Shown here piece by piece: positions 17,355 through 26,840 of a stretch of DNA of 28,573 bases. The stretch lies in IMG/VR virus record IMGVR_UViG_3300005805_000346, positions 1 through 28,573 of that record; one strand, 5' to 3'. The stretch's first letter is position 1. Each line of letters begins with the position of its first letter. The DNA comes from a virus (lineage: Duplodnaviria; Caudoviricetes). Position numbers and translations under genes: made by a program. Below the pieces are notes generated by a model. It had not been told where the DNA came from. It did not search any database and saw only the letters and a program-made list of their open reading frames with translations.

Positions 17355-18783
17355 TAGTGTATTTGATAAAGGTAGGATTGGGAAAAAGCCAAATAAAGTT
17401 ATTCCTATTTGGCACGCTAACGGTTTACCTGATAAAAATAGTCCCAACAAAGTGTTCTGTATGGCTCCTTGGACTCATACCTACATTAGTCCGCAAAGTG
17501 AACGTAGACTATGCTGTGCCAGTCGAGAAGAGCATAGTTTTCAAAAACAATATATAGATAGTAGCAATGATGAGCGATACGGGAAAGTAAAAGAAAGCAA
17601 AACAAGTTTACAGGATTATAATCCTGTTAGCCTACATGAACACTGGAATAGTCCTTACATGAGAGATATAAGAGTAAAACTCATGAAAGGAGAAGAAATA
17701 CCACAATGCGATGTCTGCAATAAAAACTTACTGATGGAAGGACATTCTTATCGGGGATGGTTTACAGGCACACTGTTTAGAGATAAAATTCAAGAGGCTT
17801 TTGACTCCACGGATGATAAAGGTTATACCACAATGGAGCCTATAAGTTTTGATTATAGGTTTAGTAACTTATGTAATTTCAAATGTCGTATGTGTGGAGA
17901 ACAACTGAGTTCCACATGGGAAACAGAAAAACGTCAACATAAGATGTGGACACCTGAACAACAACCTTTTATGGTGTCTGAAATAAAGTCTGCTATGCAA
18001 AATTTTACAGCAGAGGTAGTTGAACCTGAATTTAAAGATGCGGTGAGTAGAGGTATAGTAGAAGAAATCTACTGGGTAGGCGGGGAACCTCTGATGTACG
18101 ATATACATTGGTGGACATTGGAAGAAATGCTGAATAATGGTAGTGCTAAAAATTGTTACCTACGCTATAATAGTAATTTGAGCAGAGTAAAATTTGGAGA
18201 AAAGAACTTATACGACTATCTTCCTCATTTTAAAAATTGGATGATGTGTGCCAGCATCGATGGTACAGGTGAGATTGTTGAATATATAAGAACAGGTATT
18301 AAGTGGGATCAATGGCTTAGGAATTTTAAAGAAGGACTTAAATTACCCGGCGGTGAAGATAGAATGGTATTAGATCTTACCATCACTGCTCCTGGTATGT
18401 TTAGCATTAAAGAACTATTTGATCTAAGTATTAAATTAAATGTTAAAATTGAAACTAAAATCACTTTTGCTTTTCACCCTGATATCATGTGGACTCCATT
18501 GAGTTGGCCTCGGGATATATTGGACGACATGGTAGATGATATTTTAGATTATATAAAACCTAGAGCAACCTGGAAACAAGAAACCCTTATCGGTAATCTA
18601 GAAGCACTCAAATATAAAAGAAAAACTCATCAGGAGGAATGGCCCGAAACTTATCTTGAAGCAGCACATAGGGGGAAACTATTTACAGAAAAGCTAGATA
18701 AAATACGTAATAATACAAAAGTTAATCTAGGTACAATCTATCAAGAAAATAAAAGACTGTATAATTGGTGGAAGAGTCTTTGA
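17347..18783 (+). CDS. Radical SAM protein with N-terminal SPASM/twitch domain (subgroup B, #4)
   Basis: CNFKCRMC and VGGEP; CMAPW...LCC...EHWNS...CDVC. Confidence 0.9.
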   Translation: MVNSVFDKGRIGKKPNKVIPIWHANGLPDKNSPNKVFCMAPWTHTYISPQSERRLCCASREEHSFQKQYIDSSNDERYGKVKESKTSLQDYNPVSLHEHWNSPYMRDIRVKLMKGEEIPQCDVCNKNLLMEGHSYRGWFTGTLFRDKIQEAFDSTDDKGYTTMEPISFDYRFSNLCNFKCRMCGEQLSSTWETEKRQHKMWTPEQQPFMVSEIKSAMQNFTAEVVEPEFKDAVSRGIVEEIYWVGGEPLMYDIHWWTLEEMLNNGSAKNCYLRYNSNLSRVKFGEKNLYDYLPHFKNWMMCASIDGTGEIVEYIRTGIKWDQWLRNFKEGLKLPGGEDRMVLDLTITAPGMFSIKELFDLSIKLNVKIETKITFAFHPDIMWTPLSWPRDILDDMVDDILDYIKPRATWKQETLIGNLEALKYKRKTHQEEWPETYLEAAHRGKLFTEKLDKIRNNTKVNLGTIYQENKRLYNWWKSL

Positions 18784-19970
18784 TGTCTAAGACCTTTTGT
18801 GTTTTACCATGGATACACTTGGCATCACACCCTAACGGTGGTGTTAGCCTATGCTGTAGAAGTAATCATAATGATGCTATTAGTTGGGCCAAGTCTACAG
18901 GATCTAAAGATTTATTGACACTGGAAAAAAATAGCTTAGAAGAAATTGTCAACTCTGAAACTTTCACGAGAGTAAGAAGTAAAATGTTAGAAGGGACAAG
19001 GCCTATTGAATGTGAAGGGTGTTGGAAAGATGAGGACCTTGGATTAGAGAGCAAACGACAATATGAAAATAAACGTTGGTCAAAGGTTATACCATTACTT
19101 GATAAATCTAGTATTATTAAAAGCATCGATTATAGGTACATCGAACTAAGGTTAGGTAATTTGTGTAACAATGCCTGTATTACTTGTAATAGTTACAGTA
19201 GTAGTAAATGGTATAAGGATGAGGAATTTATTTCTAAAAAATTAGATTGGTTCGAGTTGAGACCTTTAGAAAATTTTAAATGGTTCCAAGATACAAAGTT
19301 TTATGATAATCTATTTGAAGTAAGCAAAAATGTAGAAGAAATCTATATTAATGGTGGTGAACCCACTCTTATTACTGCACACTTTAATTTTCTTAATAGA
19401 CTTATAGATCAAAATAAGTCAGGTAATGTTACATTAGTCTATAGTCTAAACCTAATGAGTATACCAGATAGGCTAATAGAACTTTGGACTAAATTTAAAA
19501 AGGTTATTGTGAATTGTAGTATAGACGACCTAGAAGATAGAAATTATTATATTCGATGGCCTACTAAATGGACCGATGTAATATCTAGCTTGGAAAAATT
19601 AAACAGTTTAGATAATGTAGAATGGCATGTAACCCAAACTGTTAGTCTATTAAACATAGACAACTTAGACGAAGTCTATAATTGGCTTAAAACTAGGTAT
19701 AATAAGGTACCGCACCATAATTATGTATTATATCCAACCTACCTTAGTCTTTCCGCTATCCCGGATGATTTTAAAGAACAACTAAGGTATTACTATGTAG
19801 GTAAGTTAGATGTTAATAAACATAGTGAACTTATGCAGAAACTCGAAATAGAGCATAATCCTACTCTTACCAAAAAAGCCTATGATTTTTTACGCACATT
19901 AGACCAAAGTAGGAAATTAAATTATAAGGATTATCTACCTCATTTAGATTTGGTATTTGAAAGTTTATGA
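18783..19970 (+). CDS. Radical SAM protein with N-terminal SPASM/twitch domain (subgroup B, #5; start revised to 18783)
   Basis: CNNACITC and NGGEP; CVLPW...LCC...CEGC; TGATG coupling. Confidence 0.9.
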   Translation: MSKTFCVLPWIHLASHPNGGVSLCCRSNHNDAISWAKSTGSKDLLTLEKNSLEEIVNSETFTRVRSKMLEGTRPIECEGCWKDEDLGLESKRQYENKRWSKVIPLLDKSSIIKSIDYRYIELRLGNLCNNACITCNSYSSSKWYKDEEFISKKLDWFELRPLENFKWFQDTKFYDNLFEVSKNVEEIYINGGEPTLITAHFNFLNRLIDQNKSGNVTLVYSLNLMSIPDRLIELWTKFKKVIVNCSIDDLEDRNYYIRWPTKWTDVISSLEKLNSLDNVEWHVTQTVSLLNIDNLDEVYNWLKTRYNKVPHHNYVLYPTYLSLSAIPDDFKEQLRYYYVGKLDVNKHSELMQKLEIEHNPTLTKKAYDFLRTLDQSRKLNYKDYLPHLDLVFESL

Positions 19971-20773
19971 TAGATCTTGTAACGATAACCTATTCTAAAG
20001 ATTTAGACCTTATGAAATTGCAGGCAGAATCTATTGGGAAATATTTAGAACCCTGTAATCATTGGATATTAATAAATGAATTCAGGCCTAACATAAATTT
20101 CTGGTTGGATCAGCTGGGTCATTATTACCGTGGACACAATCTGCATATTATTAAAAAGCAAACAAAAATATCTCATGCAGGTAGTTTTATGCAGCAGCTT
20201 GAAAAACTTGCCATTGCTCGACTTATTAAAAGAGATTACCTTATACTGGATAGTAAAAACTTTTTTATCAAACCTTGTAATTTATCTGTTTGGGATGACA
20301 TGGTAGGTAATGGAGACTTTACAGAGGATTTAACCATGTGGAGCACGGCTATAAATCAATACGCCGCTAAACTTAATCTACCTAAGATAACTCGTATGCC
20401 CGATCCTAATACTCCGTATAAAATCAAAGTTGACCCTTTACTTGAATATTTAGATAAGGGATCTCTATTTGAAGATCTGTTTGTACAGGGAGATTTAAGC
20501 AGTGAGTTTACTTTTTATGCCTTCTTAGCTAAAGAATATTTTAAAGATGGTATAACACCGCCTTCAGTGAAAATAGGTGATGACCAATCCTTTGAAAGAT
20601 TTCGACAACACTATTTAGAAAATATAGAATATGGAATGGAAAAATATTATACTATGAGTGTGTTCGCGCCATACTTAAAAATAATGAGCGATGAAAAATT
20701 AAAAGTTATTAATGATTTTTTAATAGAAAGAGAATTTATTAACCGAATAAAGAGACAACATGATACCAATTAA
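19967..20773 (+). CDS. Nucleotide-diphospho-sugar transferase-like protein (resembles DUF6492 as I recall it)
   Basis: DLVTITYSKD...QQLEKLAIA...YLILDSKNFFIKP is a GT-A-like pattern, with DSK where DxD is expected. Confidence 0.45.
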   Translation: MIDLVTITYSKDLDLMKLQAESIGKYLEPCNHWILINEFRPNINFWLDQLGHYYRGHNLHIIKKQTKISHAGSFMQQLEKLAIARLIKRDYLILDSKNFFIKPCNLSVWDDMVGNGDFTEDLTMWSTAINQYAAKLNLPKITRMPDPNTPYKIKVDPLLEYLDKGSLFEDLFVQGDLSSEFTFYAFLAKEYFKDGITPPSVKIGDDQSFERFRQHYLENIEYGMEKYYTMSVFAPYLKIMSDEKLKVINDFLIEREFINRIKRQHDTN

Positions 20774-22037
20774 GATTAAAGATAGTTTCTGCTCTGCAAA
20801 ATGGCTAATGGTTACTATGCATTTTGGTATGGGAGAAAATCATAGTTGTTATCATCCGCCTATACATCGTTGGAACCTGAATGACGTAAAACTTGATCCT
20901 AGTACTTTACACAATACAACCCATAAAATACAACAAAGAAAGTTAATGTTAAAAGGGCATAAGCCTGAAGAATGTAATTATTGCTTTGATATGGAGTCGA
21001 TTAATCCTGCTGTCATTAGCGATAGAAAAAGGTTTACTAATGAAACTTGGTCATTAGAAAGGATTAAAGAAATACTAGATAGTCCATACGACAGACATAT
21101 TAATCCTTCATATATGGAAATAAGTTTTTCAAGTACCTGTAACTTTGCCTGTTCCTATTGTAGCCCAGGACAGAGTAGTAGGTGGGAATATGAAATTAGG
21201 AAATATGGTAGTTACCCAGTAGATGATCCCACCGTACATAAAGATAAAATGCATGATATGATTTTAGAAGAAGAAAATCCTTACATCGAGGCATTTTGGA
21301 AATGGTTACCTAACATTTACAAGGATCTTAGATATCTTAGAATTACAGGTGGTGAACCCCTAACGATGCGTAACTTTGTAAAATTACTGGATTATGTAGC
21401 AGAAAATGAAAATAAGGACCTAACATTAGTTGTTAATACAAATTTATGTGTGCCTCAAAAGAATTTGGATTTGTTCTTTACTAAGGCTCAAAAATTAATC
21501 GATTCTCAGTCTATAAAGGGATTAGAAGTATATACCAGTATGGATACTTGGGGCCCACAGGCAGAATATATAAGAGACGGATTAGATATTAACAAGTGGG
21601 AATCTACAGTAAGAATGCTAAGTGAACGATTCCATGTGCCCATAAGAGTGATGACTACATTTGGAATAATGAGCATTTTTAATTTTGCAGAGTTTGTTAA
21701 TAAGATAATTACTTTGCGCGAAGACAACATAGATATAATGTTTAACTGTGCTAGACTTATCAATCCTAGGCAATTTGACCTACGCCTATTGCCTGATTAT
21801 TGCGATATATACTTTCAGGAAACTAACAAACTTATTGTAGGTTCTGATAAGATAAAAAATGTAGAAAGAGAAACTTGGCAAATGGTATACGATTTTTGGG
21901 AATCTAGACATATATCAATGCTCGATGAAGAAAGATCATACTTGCGCGATCAGTTTGTTGATTTTATCAACGAGTACGATAAACGTAGAAATAAAGACTT
22001 TTCGCAAATATTTCCGGAATTTAATGATTGGGATTGA
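20760..22037 (+). CDS. Radical SAM protein with N-terminal twitch-like domain (subgroup A, #6)
   Basis: CNFACSYC and TGGEP; CSAKW...SCYH...CNYC. Confidence 0.9.
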   Translation: MIPIKIKDSFCSAKWLMVTMHFGMGENHSCYHPPIHRWNLNDVKLDPSTLHNTTHKIQQRKLMLKGHKPEECNYCFDMESINPAVISDRKRFTNETWSLERIKEILDSPYDRHINPSYMEISFSSTCNFACSYCSPGQSSRWEYEIRKYGSYPVDDPTVHKDKMHDMILEEENPYIEAFWKWLPNIYKDLRYLRITGGEPLTMRNFVKLLDYVAENENKDLTLVVNTNLCVPQKNLDLFFTKAQKLIDSQSIKGLEVYTSMDTWGPQAEYIRDGLDINKWESTVRMLSERFHVPIRVMTTFGIMSIFNFAEFVNKIITLREDNIDIMFNCARLINPRQFDLRLLPDYCDIYFQETNKLIVGSDKIKNVERETWQMVYDFWESRHISMLDEERSYLRDQFVDFINEYDKRRNKDFSQIFPEFNDWD

Positions 22038-22038
22038 A

Positions 22039-23214
22039 ATGGATTTGACACCTTTTAAAAACTGCTTTGCCCACAAGAATGCCATTTACATTTCAACCGC
22101 GGAAAAAAGTTACGCCCCTTGTTGTTTTCATAAAGAGCCTATCAATGCAATAAGCTATGATGATTATAGGGATAAAATTAGTAAAGTAGATATTGCCAAG
22201 GCCTGTAAGTATTGTATTGATATGGAACAATCGGGGGCTACATGGAGTCATAGGTTACAATATGATCAATCCTATTATCAGGCACATGGTAAATTATTTG
22301 TAGTAGGTGTTTGCTTCGATAATATTTGTAACATAAAATGCACAACATGTGGGCCAACTAGCAGTTCTAAATGGATCGAAGATTATGCTAAGTTAAATCC
22401 AAACTTAGATTCTTCCGCAAAGAAACGTTTTGTACGCATAATGAATCAAGCGCCTGATAAAATTAAGTTTGTAAGAGACTTATTAGATAAGGAAGAATTT
22501 GATAGTGTAAGATTTGATATTTTTGGAGGAGAACCTAGTATAAATCCTACAGTTATTGAGTTCATGGATTGGTTATGTGAACAACCATATGCTAAGAATG
22601 TAATGATTAATCTTACTACAAATACCACAACATATTTTGATAAGATTGAATATTATTGTAGTAAGTTCAAGTTTATTCAAATGCAGATGAGTATAGATGG
22701 ACAAGAGGAATACTTTGATCATTTACGATTTGGGGCAAACTGGCAAGTTGTAAAAGAAAACATTATGCGCTACGATAAACTAGGCGGAGAATTATCAAAC
22801 CTTTGGCCCAGTATACATCTTACGTTGAGTTGGATGAATTGTCTACATATCGCCGATTTTTATGAATGGGTGTATAAGAATACAGTTAATCTTGTAGGAT
22901 TCAACATGACTAAACTGACTTATCCTCCGTATTATTCTATTGACAATATAAAACCAGAAGTTCGAGAAAATATTAAAACAGAAGTGATGTCAAGAATGTC
23001 AGCTTGCGATCTAACAGTATTAGATCCTAATAAGGCATTCAATTTTAACCATTTTAAAGAAGTCTATGAAACGTCTATGAGTAACTATATTAATGACTAT
23101 TATAAGACTAACTTATTGCAGGATGGGTTTGACGTTTTAACTAGATTAGATACCATACGGAATACTGATTATAAAAAAACCTTCTCTCCTATTTTAACAT
23201 TAATGGAAAAATAA
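22039..23214 (+). CDS. Radical SAM protein with shortened N-terminal twitch domain (divergent subgroup B, #7; start revised to 22039)
   Basis: CNIKCTTC and FGGEP; CFAH...PCC...CKYC. ATG lies 1 nt after the upstream TGA, avoiding a 113-bp overlap. Confidence 0.88.
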   Translation: MDLTPFKNCFAHKNAIYISTAEKSYAPCCFHKEPINAISYDDYRDKISKVDIAKACKYCIDMEQSGATWSHRLQYDQSYYQAHGKLFVVGVCFDNICNIKCTTCGPTSSSKWIEDYAKLNPNLDSSAKKRFVRIMNQAPDKIKFVRDLLDKEEFDSVRFDIFGGEPSINPTVIEFMDWLCEQPYAKNVMINLTTNTTTYFDKIEYYCSKFKFIQMQMSIDGQEEYFDHLRFGANWQVVKENIMRYDKLGGELSNLWPSIHLTLSWMNCLHIADFYEWVYKNTVNLVGFNMTKLTYPPYYSIDNIKPEVRENIKTEVMSRMSACDLTVLDPNKAFNFNHFKEVYETSMSNYINDYYKTNLLQDGFDVLTRLDTIRNTDYKKTFSPILTLMEK

Positions 23215-24474
23215 ATGGCACAGTGGGATCCAATAAAGAAAACTGAAAGTAATAATTATTTTTGTGTGGCGCCGTGGGTCCATCAATATATAGGCCCACC
23301 GGGTGATGTTAAACCCTGCTGCGTTTATGAATACACACATTCGTTAGGCAACCTTAAAGATAATACTCTCGCTGAAATCTGGAATAACGAAAAGACAAAA
23401 CAGTTTAGATTAGATTTGCTTAATGGAGTAAAGAGACCTGAGTGTACATGGTGTAATGATAGATCTACACCTATGAAAAACTCTATGAACGACTTTTATT
23501 TTGCCAAACCTGAAATTAAAGATATAGTGGCTAAAACAGAACAAGACGGATCAGTTAAAGAACATAAGCTCTTTTATATGGACGTAAGATTTAACAATCT
23601 TTGTAATTTTAAATGTAGGTCCTGTGGTAGCCATTTTAGTACATCAATCGCAGCAGACGAAAAAGCTATTAACCCTAATTTAAATGTAGGTTTTCATTAT
23701 CCAGGTAAGACAGAAGATCAAGCGTATGAAGAGATGGAACCTCATTTCTCTAATCTACTAGAAGTTTATTTTGCAGGTGGTGAACCTATGATGCAAAAGG
23801 AACATTACCAAACTTTAGAAAAACTAGTTGAAGTTGGTAATACAGACTGTATAATAAGATATAGTACTAATTTTAGTAAACTTAAATTAGGAAAATGGGA
23901 TGTTGTACCTTATTGGAAAAATTTTAAAACTGTAAGAGTTTTGGCTAGTATAGACGCAAGTTATGAACGCGGTGAATATTGGCGTAAGGGAACAATATGG
24001 TCTGACATTGTAAAAAACAGGCAACGTATGCTAGAAGAATGTCCTAATGTATGTTTTATGCTAAGTCCTACTATAAGTTGGGTAAATTTACTAAATTGGT
24101 TCGATTTACACAAGGAATGGACAGATTTAGGCTATATTAATGTAGACGACGTGGTTCTTAATGAACTTATTACACCATCACATCTTTGTATGAAAAATGT
24201 ACCAGAATGGAAAAAACACACCTTTGCTAAGGCCTTCGACGAACATCTAGAATGGATGATTTCTAAGAACGCAAGTGGATGGGCATTGGTTAAATTAAGT
24301 GCAGCCAAAGACTTTATGCTTAGTGAAGTTAATGCCAAAGATTCATTTCCATCGGGTGAATTTCATGCCCATATGTCACGATATGATATTTTACGTAATG
24401 AGAAATTTTTTGATGTCTTTCCTGAACATCTAGACATGAAAGACTACATGGAATCTCAGGGTTATAAATTTTAA
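23215..24474 (+). CDS. Radical SAM protein with N-terminal SPASM/twitch domain (subgroup B, #8)
   Basis: CNFKCRSC and AGGEP; typical SPASM-like CVAPW...GDVKPCC...LGNL...LAEIWN...CTWC. Confidence 0.92.
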   Translation: MAQWDPIKKTESNNYFCVAPWVHQYIGPPGDVKPCCVYEYTHSLGNLKDNTLAEIWNNEKTKQFRLDLLNGVKRPECTWCNDRSTPMKNSMNDFYFAKPEIKDIVAKTEQDGSVKEHKLFYMDVRFNNLCNFKCRSCGSHFSTSIAADEKAINPNLNVGFHYPGKTEDQAYEEMEPHFSNLLEVYFAGGEPMMQKEHYQTLEKLVEVGNTDCIIRYSTNFSKLKLGKWDVVPYWKNFKTVRVLASIDASYERGEYWRKGTIWSDIVKNRQRMLEECPNVCFMLSPTISWVNLLNWFDLHKEWTDLGYINVDDVVLNELITPSHLCMKNVPEWKKHTFAKAFDEHLEWMISKNASGWALVKLSAAKDFMLSEVNAKDSFPSGEFHAHMSRYDILRNEKFFDVFPEHLDMKDYMESQGYKF

Positions 24475-25727
24475 TGAACTTAGATAAAATCATAAAAATT
24501 AGGCAAGAAATAAGTCCTACTATGTGTTTGGCTAAATTCCACGAAGCAAGTATTTGGGTTTACTCCGGTAAGATAGCCAGTTGCCATTACACACCATTCA
24601 TACAAGTTGGGAATACAGTAGATACATTCTATAATCCTCCTGAAAAAAGACAGCAACAAAAAGAGATGATAGCAGGCGATCAGCCCGAAGCTTGTAATAG
24701 TTGTTGGAACTTTGAAAATTTAGGACTTAAAAGTGATAGAACTCGTAAGAGTATGAGTTTCAATGATCATCTTAGTTACGAAAATTATAAAGATCCTAGT
24801 TATGTTTTTAAACCTAAGGCATTAGAACTTGCGTTTCAAAATACTTGTAACCTAGCGTGTAGTTATTGTAGCCCACAATTCAGCACAAGCTGGTTAAATG
24901 ATATACGAGTTAATGGTGTTTACACAGACATTACTACTGACGATAGAAGGCATTATCAAAAAGATCTTAAAGAAATAGACCTAATGATAGAACCACCGGA
25001 TCTAACCTTGTTTTGGGAATGGTTTGATAGCATCGCAGATTCCTTAGAAAGTATTAGAGTATCCGGCGGTGAGCCTTTAATGCACGAAGAAGTATTTAGG
25101 CTGTTTAGTACAATGACAGAAAGGAATCCTAATATAGAATGTGTGATCCATACAAATCTTTGTCAAAAACCAACAATTATAGGAAGGTTCTTGAATAACA
25201 TTAAAAAACTACCTAACGTAAGAGTTAATGTAAGCAATGAAAGTGCTGGTGAAGTAGCAGAGTTTATAAGAGATGGCATGGTATATTCAGAATGGTTAAC
25301 TAATCTAGAAAAACTTTGTAATAGTACTGCTCGTCTAGTAACAGTTAGTACAACTTGTAGTGCGATTGCTATGCAGACATTAGATGAATTATTTTTAGAT
25401 ATTATCGAACTAAGAAAACGAACTCTTGTTAGGCCTTACATTTCTATTAATATGGTAGACAAGCCCAGGTTTCAAAGCCTTGATGTATTAACAAGAGATG
25501 AGCGTTTGTTTTATCTTAATAAATTCAGAAAGTTCTATGATGAGCATAAACAACAGTTTCTGAAAGAAGAACACGAACATTTTAACAGATTAATAACATT
25601 CTTAAATGAAAACTTAGTTCCAGAAAATCAGGAAAGCCTACGAAAGGATAGTGATATCTTTTTTGCTCAATATTCTCAAAGAAGAAAAAAAGCTATAAAC
25701 TTTGCACAACAAATAGGCTTAAAATGA
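24474..25727 (+). CDS. Radical SAM protein with N-terminal twitch-like domain (subgroup A, #9)
   Basis: CNLACSYC and SGGEP; CLAKF...SCHY...CNSC; TAATG coupling. Confidence 0.9.
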   Translation: MNLDKIIKIRQEISPTMCLAKFHEASIWVYSGKIASCHYTPFIQVGNTVDTFYNPPEKRQQQKEMIAGDQPEACNSCWNFENLGLKSDRTRKSMSFNDHLSYENYKDPSYVFKPKALELAFQNTCNLACSYCSPQFSTSWLNDIRVNGVYTDITTDDRRHYQKDLKEIDLMIEPPDLTLFWEWFDSIADSLESIRVSGGEPLMHEEVFRLFSTMTERNPNIECVIHTNLCQKPTIIGRFLNNIKKLPNVRVNVSNESAGEVAEFIRDGMVYSEWLTNLEKLCNSTARLVTVSTTCSAIAMQTLDELFLDIIELRKRTLVRPYISINMVDKPRFQSLDVLTRDERLFYLNKFRKFYDEHKQQFLKEEHEHFNRLITFLNENLVPENQESLRKDSDIFFAQYSQRRKKAINFAQQIGLK

Positions 25728-26269
25728 CATTAAATTTTGATTCTTTTAGTAGTGGACAAATAGGTAGTAAACTTTGGTTATGTGAAGAACTAGAAAAACT
25801 ATTTGACATAATAGATACCATATGGGTTTATGGGGGGTGGTATGGAGTTTTGCCGCTATTGCTTAAAACTAGGAATAATATACATATAGGTAAAATTAGA
25901 AGCTATGACATTGACCCTAGCTGCGAAATCATAGCAGATAAATTAAACGAATATTGGGTCTGGCAAGATTGGAAGTTCAAAGCACATACTGAAGATTGCA
26001 ATAATCTTCATCCATTTAAAGTTGACCTAATTGTTAATACTGCAATAGAACATTTTGAATCTGATCAATGGTGGAATAATATTCCCTCTGGTACAACAGT
26101 TGCTTTACAAAGTAACAATATGCCTCATAGTGAGCATCATAGTATATGTAACAGTTTAGATGAATTTATAGCAAGGTACCCTGTTAGTCAATCATTATAC
26201 CAAGGACAGTTAAAATTTAAATATCCTAACTGGGAGTTTACAAGATTTATGGTGATTGGCTTAAAATAG
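25724..26269 (+). CDS. Class I SAM-dependent methyltransferase-like protein
   Basis: Motif I IWVYGGWYG, acidic motif II SYDID, DLIVNTAIEH, C-terminal RFMVIG strand. Confidence 0.7.
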   Translation: MTLNFDSFSSGQIGSKLWLCEELEKLFDIIDTIWVYGGWYGVLPLLLKTRNNIHIGKIRSYDIDPSCEIIADKLNEYWVWQDWKFKAHTEDCNNLHPFKVDLIVNTAIEHFESDQWWNNIPSGTTVALQSNNMPHSEHHSICNSLDEFIARYPVSQSLYQGQLKFKYPNWEFTRFMVIGLK

Positions 26270-26840
26270 ATTTGGCTAGGATATATTTTTCCAACTTTTT
26301 AAACACAAATAAAAAAGTAAACCTACTGCTTTTGGCAGCAGCACAATGCCAAAAAGCTATATCTTTCCTATCAGGTATTTCTATACCTCGTGTCATCCAA
26401 CCAGGCGTATCGACAAGATTTATTATATTATCATTCAAATAATATCTAAAGAATCCATCGCCTTTCGGGCAATAGGTCATCATAATATAATAGCCTGATA
26501 TATCTGTGTCAGTATGCCATCCTACAAAACCATACGGATCATATCCTGCTGTATAATAATCATCAAATTTAAGGAAAGGTTTTAATCTTTGTATTAGGTA
26601 GGTACCCGCTTGGCTTTCTCCAATCAACGAGTTAACTGCATATAAATGGATAGGGCTATCATTTTGTTTATTTAAAAGCTCTTGTAAGTGTTCAGGACTA
26701 GTCGAATAATTTAGATAATAATCATAATCTTTTTCCTGGAACCCCTTATACCTCAACGTACTTTGTTTAAAAGACAACTTTTCACATAACCTTATTGTAT
26801 CTATAACAATTTGATTTTTAATATCTATGGTCTCTATCAA
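26247..26840 (-). CDS. 2OG-Fe(II) oxygenase / cupin-fold protein
   Basis: YDPYGFVGWHTD (HxD)...FWHCA (distal His)...RFTF (Arg in the 2OG-binding position). TTG start overlaps the upstream TGA. Confidence 0.6.
   Translation of the reverse strand: MIETIDIKNQIVIDTIRLCEKLSFKQSTLRYKGFQEKDYDYYLNYSTSPEHLQELLNKQNDSPIHLYAVNSLIGESQAGTYLIQRLKPFLKFDDYYTAGYDPYGFVGWHTDTDISGYYIMMTYCPKGDGFFRYYLNDNIINLVDTPGWMTRGIEIPDRKDIAFWHCAAAKSSRFTFLFVFKKLEKYILAKSILSQSP

Noticed and set aside
16545-23606. 14-bp repeat AACAATCTTTGTAA at 16545 and 23593
   Set aside because: Explained by the shared NNLCN peptide at the rSAM motif.
4782-24338. Short minus-strand ORFs inside the plus-strand genes (4782, 9937, 10152, 10391, 15252, 15329, 16010, 17869, 18866, 21506, 22446, 24132) and 17318-17557(+)
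   Set aside because: They are largely or wholly nested in long motif-bearing genes, short, and have no recognisable features.
4500-25727. RiPP cluster (S8 protease plus SPASM rSAMs)
   Set aside because: There is no intergenic room for a precursor within the rSAM run, no visible RRE domain or transporter, and the companions are sugar-type enzymes. A precursor elsewhere in the genome cannot be excluded.
12404-25727. Naming the rSAMs moaA, pqqE, nirJ, anSME, queE or nrdG
   Set aside because: The auxiliary Cys domain is N-terminal rather than C-terminal, and the partner genes of those pathways are absent.
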